A DNA stretch of 64,000 nt, from positions 10,463-74,462 of the forward strand of contig PMKN01000030.1 in NCBI GenBank assembly GCA_003158675.1, written 5' to 3'. Of this stretch, positions 57,900-64,000 are shown piece by piece. The notes under the pieces were generated by a model. That model was not told the DNA's origin and ran no database searches. It saw only the letters and a program-made list of their open reading frames with translations. The position numbers and the translations under genes were made by a program. The stretch's first letter is position 1. Each line of letters starts with the position of its first letter. Source of the stretch: Chloroflexota bacterium. GTDB lineage: Bacteria > Chloroflexota > Limnocylindria > Limnocylindrales > CSP1-4.

Positions 57900-60800
57900 C
57901 TAAGGGCGGGGTTCGGCGGCCAGCTCGATGAACCGGCAGAGGGCATTGGCAAGCCGCATCTGGCGGGGAGTGCGGGCGCGGACTCGGATGAGCGCCGGGC
58001 TCGCGACCACCGCGGCCAGACAGCGGGCGCGTGAGGTGGCAACGTTGAGCCGGTTCAGGCTGTAGAGGAACTCCATTCCGCGAGGTGCATCCTCCGGCCC
58101 GGACGTCGCCATCGAGTAGATGGAGACCGGAGCCTCCTGGCCCTGGAACTTGTCGACGGTACCCACCCGCGCCTCAGGCACCCGCCGCCCGATCTCGGCA
58201 ACCTGGGCGTTGTACGGGGCGACGAGCAGCACATCCGCCCAGGTCACCGGGCGTGACTCTCCGTCGGCGTCCGTCCACGCGGCGCCGCCCCCCGCAAGCT
58301 CGTGGGCGACCCGCGCGACAACCTCTGCCTCCTCGGGCGACTGGCTGGTGTTTCCGCCGTGAGTTACCGGAACGAAGCGGACGCCCGTGCCAGAGAGAGT
58401 GCCAGAAGACTTGAGGTACTGATTCTTCAAACCTGGCAGGGACGAGAGACGGCCTTCGTAGAACGTCTCCGAAGTGAAGCGGCACAGATCCGGATGGAGG
58501 CGCCTGGTCCGCTCCAGGAAGAGGCCGCGGTCCGGGGGCATCGTGGACTCGTCGCCCAGCACGTGGCCGAGCGCGGATGCCTCCGCGCCTGGCGGATGGG
58601 TTCCCTGGAGCGGCTGATCCAGCTGAGCCGGGTCGCCCAGGAGGACCAGGCCGCTGGCAGCGGGAGCGACAGCCACCGCGTTTGCGAGAGAGAACTGGCC
58701 AGCCTCGTCCACGACGAGGACGTCCATTCGTCCGGCGAAGTCGAGCCGCGACCAGACCCAGGCCGTTCCACCGACCACGTCGAGTTCGCCGGCGTCAATC
58801 GCGCCGAGCAGCGCGACGTTGGTTCGATACGGGACGGCGGCGCCAGAGCTGCAGTCACCGGCTTGATCGGTCTTCTGGCCGATCCTAACCGTGAGGCCGC
58901 GCTCCCGTGCACGCGCCGCCACCGAATCCAGAAGGTTGCCGATCACCTGGTGGCTGTTGGCCGTGACCCCGACCCGTCGCCCTCGCCGCACCAGCTCGAC
59001 GATCGTCGTGGCGCCGAGGTGGGTCTTGCCGGAGCCGGGCGGCCCCTGAACGGCCAGGAAGCTCCCGTCCAGCCTCTCGGCGAGCCGCGCGGCTGCGGAC
59101 GACGAGTCTTCCTCAGGCCGGCAGAGGGGTTCTCCGGCCGCAGCTGGCCCCGCGCGCAGAAGCAGCCGGCGGGCCGCGGCATACTCGCCCGTCCCATGGA
59201 TGCCGTGTTGGGCGACCCACTCGCCGACGCGCATCAGGCTGTCGCGGAGTGAAGTCGTAGGCACATGCCCGCTCGGCACCAGGGACGTGAGGTGCGGGCC
59301 GTCCGTCTTTGGCCCGCGCTTCAGATCGAGCGTGCCCGCCCCGAGATCCAGCGCCACCACGCTCCCCGGCGACCGTCCGGTGACGGGGTCGCAGACCTCA
59401 GTGCCAACCTCGATGGCGTGCTCCTGCTCGGGGTAGCGATACCGATACACGGTTGAGCGCGCTGCCTGGCCGACCGGCTCGACCAGCGTCAGCCCGCCGA
59501 TCGGCTCGCGCTCGGCTATTCGTTCCTCGTCAGTCAGGTCGTTCATGAGGTAGAAGAATCGCCACCAGAACGCCTTCTCCTCGCGTCGATGCCAGTTCAG
59601 CAGCTGAGCCAGCAGCCAGCGGGCGTGCTGTTCGGGCGTGCGATCCGTCTCCACCTCGGGAACGCCCGAGCGCAAGACGTCCGCCACCTCCGAGAGGTGG
59701 GCAAGTCGCTCCGACAGCTCCTGCCCCGCGTCGGGCTGGGCCGGTGAGGGGCGCGGCAGTGGTTCGCCGGTACGGGCGGCAAGCTCGTCGCGACACCCCT
59801 CCAGCCAATCGCGCAGCCGCCAGTTCGAAACGCAATCGTCGCGGTTGTAGGCCTCGATGCTGCGCAGCGTCGCGTCGGTCCACGGCGAGCGGCCCAGGGC
59901 CGCGCTGCCGGTCTCGGGCGAGCCGCCATCTTCCGTCTCGGCCAGCCAACTCTCGAACGCCACGATGCTCGAACCGGCGTCGCGCAGGCTTTCCTCGCGC
60001 GCGAGCCCGTAGAGCGGCTCCAGCTTCTTGATGGAGTAGCTCTCGACGGATGCGCGCAGGCCCTGGCGAACGGCGCGGAACAAGTCCACGAAGACCTTGC
60101 CGCGCAGGAGTTTGTCCACCTCCTCCTCGCGAGTGGCATGGCGGCCCATCAGACGCCCGGCCGCCGTCGGCTCGTACGGCGCGTAGTGGTACACGTGGAT
60201 CTCGGGGTCTCGGGCGAGGCGATCCATCATGAGGTCGACGGCCTGCTCGAAGGCCCGCTTCTCCGAATCGCGCGTCACCTGGCCGCGCTCGTCCACCGCC
60301 CAGAATGCGTGGAAGAGTGGCTCGCCATCCGGCCCGACCGAGCCCGGCTCCAGGATGCCGAAGAGGTATTCGACCCCGTCGTCCAGCGCGAAAGGGTCGC
60401 CCTCTATGTCGAAGAAGAGGTCTCCCGGCCGTGCCGGCGGAAGGCTCGTCAGGCCGCGGTTCGGCTCGAGGCTGCCGTCGGGCAGCCGGTGTGGCGGCAG
60501 CAACTCGTAGATCGTGCGGCCCAAGTCCTGGCCTCGGACTTGGATGGCGGCCTGGTCGCGGCTCGTGCGCAGGACGCCCGCGCCAACCTCTGCCAGCGGC
60601 TCCGCGAGCGGCAGATCTAGACCCGCCAGGCCGCGCCTCGTCGCCACTCCCCTGCCTTTCAAGGCTCGCCGCACCCGGTTCGATGCTCCGGCCACGAGCG
60701 AGAGGTCGTCGTCGGCACGGCGGCGCGCGGCGCAGACCCGGCTCCAGCGACAGACGTCGCAGTGCTCCACCGGCTCGGGATAGGTTCCTAGCGGCGGATA

Positions 60801-61451
60801 GGCGGCAGCGGCGAACCCGCCACCGGCCCCGACGCGATCCTCGAAGGCCGCTTTGACCATTCTGTAGTAGGCGATGTAGTCGGCGACCCGATGGCTCTCG
60901 ATCGTCCGGGCGCTCCCGCCCAGGGCGACGGACATACGCTCCGGCTCGAAACCCTGGATCGCGGTCAGCTGTTCCACGTAGGAACAGATCTGAAGCAATG
61001 CGGAGGCTTTCACGTGGCGAGCGAGCTTCGTGTCGACGACTTCGTAGCTCCACGGGCCCAGGCGGCTCGGGTTCTCCACTCTCACCAGGAAGTCCGCCAG
61101 CCCGAGCCACCTGCCGTCGAAGAATGTGGCCTGGTAGATCACTTCGTCGCCCCGCTCTATCGCGTCCCGGGTCTCCTTCGCGGCGACTTCGAGGCGAGTT
61201 CGCCGGTCCGGCAGCGTGGAATCCTCCACGATCCGGGTCACTCGACGGCCTGCTTCCTCCAGGCCGGCTAGGTAGCGCTTCTCGTGTTCATCTCCCCGCT
61301 TCGCGATCAGATCCATCTCGGGGTCGAGGCGTTCTGGCTTCGCGACGAGCCCGGCCAGGGCAGCCAGCTCCAGCCCGACCAGATGCTCGCAGGCCAGGAA
61401 TCCGACCAAGTCGGTTGCTGCAAAGACAGGCTGCCCATCAATGAGCTGCAT
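57900..61451 (-). CDS. RecB-like PD-(D/E)XK nuclease / RNase-H-fold exonuclease-like / SF1 (Dna2-Upf1-type) helicase fusion protein
   Basis: Nuclease: FLACEH...YEVVDTKLARH...LLQICSYVEQL and C-x2-C-x5-C (HCDVCRWSRVC). Middle: LFFDIEGDPF...HVYHYAPYE...YNRDDC. Helicase: Walker A GPPGSGKTH, Walker B VLVVDEAGQ, LLGDPAQL, VDKFQGQE, NVATSRAR. Start set at ATG 61451 (MQLIDGQPVF); GTG 61535 is an alternative. Confidence 0.85.
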   Translation of the reverse strand: MQLIDGQPVFAATDLVGFLACEHLVGLELAALAGLVAKPERLDPEMDLIAKRGDEHEKRYLAGLEEAGRRVTRIVEDSTLPDRRTRLEVAAKETRDAIERGDEVIYQATFFDGRWLGLADFLVRVENPSRLGPWSYEVVDTKLARHVKASALLQICSYVEQLTAIQGFEPERMSVALGGSARTIESHRVADYIAYYRMVKAAFEDRVGAGGGFAAAAYPPLGTYPEPVEHCDVCRWSRVCAARRRADDDLSLVAGASNRVRRALKGRGVATRRGLAGLDLPLAEPLAEVGAGVLRTSRDQAAIQVRGQDLGRTIYELLPPHRLPDGSLEPNRGLTSLPPARPGDLFFDIEGDPFALDDGVEYLFGILEPGSVGPDGEPLFHAFWAVDERGQVTRDSEKRAFEQAVDLMMDRLARDPEIHVYHYAPYEPTAAGRLMGRHATREEEVDKLLRGKVFVDLFRAVRQGLRASVESYSIKKLEPLYGLAREESLRDAGSSIVAFESWLAETEDGGSPETGSAALGRSPWTDATLRSIEAYNRDDCVSNWRLRDWLEGCRDELAARTGEPLPRPSPAQPDAGQELSERLAHLSEVADVLRSGVPEVETDRTPEQHARWLLAQLLNWHRREEKAFWWRFFYLMNDLTDEERIAEREPIGGLTLVEPVGQAARSTVYRYRYPEQEHAIEVGTEVCDPVTGRSPGSVVALDLGAGTLDLKRGPKTDGPHLTSLVPSGHVPTTSLRDSLMRVGEWVAQHGIHGTGEYAAARRLLLRAGPAAAGEPLCRPEEDSSSAAARLAERLDGSFLAVQGPPGSGKTHLGATTIVELVRRGRRVGVTANSHQVIGNLLDSVAARARERGLTVRIGQKTDQAGDCSSGAAVPYRTNVALLGAIDAGELDVVGGTAWVWSRLDFAGRMDVLVVDEAGQFSLANAVAVAPAASGLVLLGDPAQLDQPLQGTHPPGAEASALGHVLGDESTMPPDRGLFLERTRRLHPDLCRFTSETFYEGRLSSLPGLKNQYLKSSGTLSGTGVRFVPVTHGGNTSQSPEEAEVVARVAHELAGGGAAWTDADGESRPVTWADVLLVAPYNAQVAEIGRRVPEARVGTVDKFQGQEAPVSIYSMATSGPEDAPRGMEFLYSLNRLNVATSRARCLAAVVASPALIRVRARTPRQMRLANALCRFIELAAEPRP

Positions 61452-61556
61452 GACCCCACCATAGCGCCCATCGATGACAGCTCGCCTGTCACGCCTGTCC
61501 GCCGGTACCGCCTTGTTGGCGTTGCCTGCTGCCACCGCATCTAAGGGAGATCCCTC

Positions 61557-61592
61557 ATGCCATACGGCCTCCTGCCGACTGTTCCGGTATGA
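61557..61592 (+). CDS. Candidate 11-codon upstream ORF (MPYGLLPTVPV) coupled to the next gene
   Basis: A strong SD AAGGGAGA lies 6 nt before ATG 61557. Its stop TGA overlaps ATG 61589 (GTATGA), and the downstream ORF has no SD of its own. Confidence 0.25.
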   Translation: MPYGLLPTVPV

Positions 61593-62083
61593 GTCAGATC
61601 GGTTCCGTCGGCTCCGCCGCGTCGCAAGCGCCTGCTGCGGCGCAGGCCAGCCAGGCCAATGCCGAAGCGGGCAACGTCACGCCGGATCAATCGAACGGCG
61701 CGAAGTTGGGTTTGCCGCCAGTCGGCCTGGCGCAAGCCGCCTCGGCCAACACGCTCAACGCTGCGTTGGTCTCGAGCGAGTGGGGCATCGACCCGGCGTC
61801 GGTGAGCGGCCTGTACGGCGGGGCCGGCGCAGCGGCGGGCCTCTTCGCCAGCGACAACCTCCTGCCGTTGCTCCGCTCGATTTCGCCCGCCAACGCCGAA
61901 CAGGCTCTGGCGCTGATCGGGATTCAGACGCCAACGCCGGGCAAGGCGAGCGGTACCTCGCAGGCATCGCCCGGGAGCCCCTCCGCGGCTGCGGCGGCAC
62001 AGGCCAGCCAGGCTCTCCTCGATCAGGCTTCCACCGGCAGCGCACCCATGGTGGTCGATCCACTGTGGGGTAGATCGGCCTGA
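61589..62083 (+). CDS. Hypothetical low-complexity Ala/Ser/Gln-rich protein
   Basis: 164 aa with coding-like GC3. The AAAQASQA motif recurs near both ends. No TM segment, signal peptide or family motif recognised. Confidence 0.45.
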   Translation: MSQIGSVGSAASQAPAAAQASQANAEAGNVTPDQSNGAKLGLPPVGLAQAASANTLNAALVSSEWGIDPASVSGLYGGAGAAAGLFASDNLLPLLRSISPANAEQALALIGIQTPTPGKASGTSQASPGSPSAAAAAQASQALLDQASTGSAPMVVDPLWGRSA

Positions 62084-62231
62084 TAACCTGCTCACGAGCC
62101 AGATCGCCTCCTCCGGACTCACCTTGCGGGAATGGCTGTGGCAGCCTCAGCCGATCCAGTAGCCCGCGGCGGCGGCCACGTCGAATCTGTGGCACGCTGG
62201 ACCCATCATTCCGAATCTGCGACGTAGGGCC

Positions 62232-63485
62232 GTGTCCGAACCCCTCTCTCCGGCGCCTTCATACCGGGCGCTCCTGGCCGTACCATCGCTGGGGCGGGTA
62301 CTGCTCGGAATGCAAATCAGCAGGATCGCTCAGTCGATGGTCAGCATCGTCGTGATCCTTTTCGCCCTGCAGCGGTACGATTCCGCGCCCCTGGCAGGGA
62401 TCGTGGCCTTCGCCAGCATCGCCCCCGGCATGCTTGTGAGCCCGATCGCGGGAGCGCTGCTCGACCGCCACGGCCGCGTGCGGCTCATCATCCTCGACTT
62501 CGCCGTGGCCGCGACGTCGCTGGCTCTGGTGGCGGCGCTTTCCGATATGGGTCGGCTCCCCGCATGGCTGCTCGTCGCCATCACCACGGTCTCGTCTCTC
62601 ACGGGTCCCCTGAGCAGCAGCGGTCTTCGCAGCCTGTTTCCGATCATGGTGCCCAAGCCGCTGTGGGAACGGGTCAATGCCGTCGATTCGAACGGCTGGG
62701 TCCTGGCCACGGTTGTCGGCGCCCCATTTGGCGCGGTCTTTGCCCAGGTGCTCGGATTCGAAGCCGCACTGGCCATAATTGCGGCGGGCTACGTCCTGGC
62801 GGCGGCCGTTATGTTCGGCGCCCCAGATCCGCGCACGGCAGTCGAGTCCACGGGCAACCTCTTCCGGGACGCGTGGCTTGGTCTGGTCTACACCTGGCAC
62901 AACGCCACACTGCGAGCTCTGGCCGTCTCCCTCTCGACGATGAACCTGTCCGGCGGCATCCTCGAGATCGTCGTCCCGGTCCTGGTCCTCAAGCGTCTCG
63001 GAATGGGCCAGGACACGGTGGGCTACATGTTCGGCCTGATGGGCGCGTTCGGGGTTGTCTCCGCCTTCGCCTTCGGACGCCTGACCACGGAGGGACGGGA
63101 GCGCCAGATGATCCTCCTGCCGGCCGCCTGTTTCATCGGCACGACGGCCATTCTGTTGTGGCCGGCCGGCCTTCTCCCAATCGTGTTATGCATGGCGATC
63201 TCCGGCCTGGTCAACGGCCCGCTCGACATCGCAATGTTCACGCTCCGCCAGCGATGCACCGATCCAGCCTGGATGGGCCGCGCATTCACGGTCTCGATGA
63301 ACCTCAACTTTGCCGGCTTCCCGATCGGAGCCGCCATCGCGGGGGTCATGGTGGCCTCGTCGGTTGAGGCGGCGATCGTCCTCGGGGTGGTCGCGAACGT
63401 GGCCGCGGCGCTGCTGGGGTTCCTGCTCATTCCACGCCCTGACTCGCAGTCAGCGGCCTCGGCCGGAGCCTCGTCCGCCACTTAG
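62232..63485 (+). CDS. MFS transporter
   Basis: 417 aa, about 12 TM segments, with the loop motif GALLDRHGRVRL between TM2 and TM3. GTG start. Confidence 0.85.
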   Translation: MSEPLSPAPSYRALLAVPSLGRVLLGMQISRIAQSMVSIVVILFALQRYDSAPLAGIVAFASIAPGMLVSPIAGALLDRHGRVRLIILDFAVAATSLALVAALSDMGRLPAWLLVAITTVSSLTGPLSSSGLRSLFPIMVPKPLWERVNAVDSNGWVLATVVGAPFGAVFAQVLGFEAALAIIAAGYVLAAAVMFGAPDPRTAVESTGNLFRDAWLGLVYTWHNATLRALAVSLSTMNLSGGILEIVVPVLVLKRLGMGQDTVGYMFGLMGAFGVVSAFAFGRLTTEGRERQMILLPAACFIGTTAILLWPAGLLPIVLCMAISGLVNGPLDIAMFTLRQRCTDPAWMGRAFTVSMNLNFAGFPIGAAIAGVMVASSVEAAIVLGVVANVAAALLGFLLIPRPDSQSAASAGASSAT

Positions 63486-63519
63486 CCGGAAACCGGGCTC
63501 TCGCCCGGTCTCCGGCTTT
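63484..63519 (+). terminator. Intrinsic terminator after the MFS gene
   Basis: AGCCGGA-a-ACCGGGC-tctc-GCCCGGT-c-TCCGGCT, 14 bp of stem with one mismatch, followed by TTTC. It begins inside the stop codon. A second palindrome GCCGGC-gcta-GCCGGC at 63531-63546 faces the convergent RND gene. Confidence 0.6.
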
Positions 63520-63565
63520 CGTGCGCGATGGCCGGCGCTAGCCGGCGGTTGCTACCCGCGTTTGC

Positions 63566-64000
63566 CTAGGCCTGAACCTGCTCCACCGGCGCGTGTTCCG
63601 CCGTGAGGCCGAGCTTTCGCCGCGAGATCGCCTTCGCGTCCTCGACGAGCGAGTACACGACTGGGACCACGATCAGCGTCAGGAATGTCGAGGTGAAGAG
63701 TCCGCCGATCACGACCGTAGCCAGTTCCGAGGCGATTATCTCGCCTTCGGAGAGACCGAGCCCTAGCGGTATGAGGGCCAGGATCGTGGCGATGGCCGTC
63801 ATCAGGATGGGCCGGACCCGCGTCCGCCCGCCCTGCATCAGCGCGTCGTACATCGGCATTCCGCGGCGCCGGTGCTGCTCCACGAGGTCCAGGAGGACGA
63901 TGGCGTTGGTGACGACGATCCCGATCAGCATCAAGAAGCCGATCAAAGCGCTTATGCCGATGGGCCGCTGGGTCAGGAAGAGCGCCGGAAACGCACCGAT
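63566..64000 (-). CDS. RND (AcrB/MMPL-type) efflux transporter, C-terminal fragment (continues past the right window edge)
   Basis: The reading frame is open to nt 64000 (…IGAFPALFLTQRPIGISALIGFLMLIGIVVTNAIVLLDLV…RVRPILMTAIATILALIPL…GGLFTSTFLTLIVVPVVY), typical of the last RND TM bundle. Confidence 0.85.
   Translation of the reverse strand: MGAFPALFLTQRPIGISALIGFLMLIGIVVTNAIVLLDLVEQHRRRGMPMYDALMQGGRTRVRPILMTAIATILALIPLGLGLSEGEIIASELATVVIGGLFTSTFLTLIVVPVVYSLVEDAKAISRRKLGLTAEHAPVEQVQA

Noticed and set aside
1-64000. Search for CRISPR repeats, IS elements, transposases, integrases, rRNA/tRNA genes and prophage modules.
   Set aside because: I saw no regularly spaced direct repeats, no terminal inverted repeats flanking ORFs, no DDE or tyrosine-recombinase motifs and no structured-RNA signatures. 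Absence is by visual inspection only and should be confirmed with dedicated tools.

Overview
High-GC bacterial chromosomal segment; third codon positions are mostly G/C, so long spurious antisense ORFs are common. I found no rRNA, tRNA, CRISPR array, transposase or integrase.

Nt 1-38,500 is a flagellar and chemotaxis supercluster of the monoderm (Firmicute/Actinobacteria/Chloroflexi-like) type. It has no L/P-ring genes, and FliW-CsrA, FlbD, FlaG and CheC/CheD/CheX are present. Its units are:
- fliH(partial)-fliG-fliF-fliE-flgC (minus strand)
- a PocR-like sensor kinase plus NarL-type regulator
- flaG
- cheC-cheD-cheY-cheB-cheW-cheX-cheA
- an HD-GYP phosphodiesterase divergent from cheR, followed by a CheY-like regulator
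- fliD-fliS plus a small ORF
- flagellin
- flgM-flgN-flgK-flgL-fliW-csrA
- a long motor/export operon: atypical LuxR regulator-flbD-motA-motB-fliL-fliM-fliN-fliO-fliP-fliQ-fliR-flhB-flhA-small membrane ORF-fliA-rod protein

Nt 38,500-64,000 carries:
- a GbsR/MarR regulator with an ABC-2 exporter
- a sigma-like/TM/Asp-box propeller protein
- an APC permease
- a PP2C phosphatase and Ser/Thr kinase pair
- glutamine synthetase
- an FGGY sugar kinase
- an aldo-keto reductase
- a soluble hybrid histidine kinase with a LacI-type sensor
- a chemoreceptor with an apparently circularly permuted cytoplasmic sugar-binding-protein domain
- a large nuclease-exonuclease-helicase fusion
- an MFS transporter
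- the 3' end of an RND pump

Main hunt results:
1. An eight-member sigma-28-type promoter family (NTCAAG-N14/15-NCCGAYNN) sits in front of late flagellar, chemotaxis and HD-GYP genes. It includes a back-to-back divergent pair and two apparently leaderless genes.
2. The flagellin leader has a GGA-in-loop hairpin plus a GGA-containing SD next to an overlapping fliW-csrA pair.
3. The permuted-PBP chemoreceptor is followed by a LacI-sensor hybrid kinase.
4. Several flagellar proteins are architecturally atypical: FliA N-extension, FlhB tail with NPTT, a degenerate receiver regulator, long FliN, and no flgB or flhF/flhG here.

All functional calls rest on motif recognition by eye. No database search was run.
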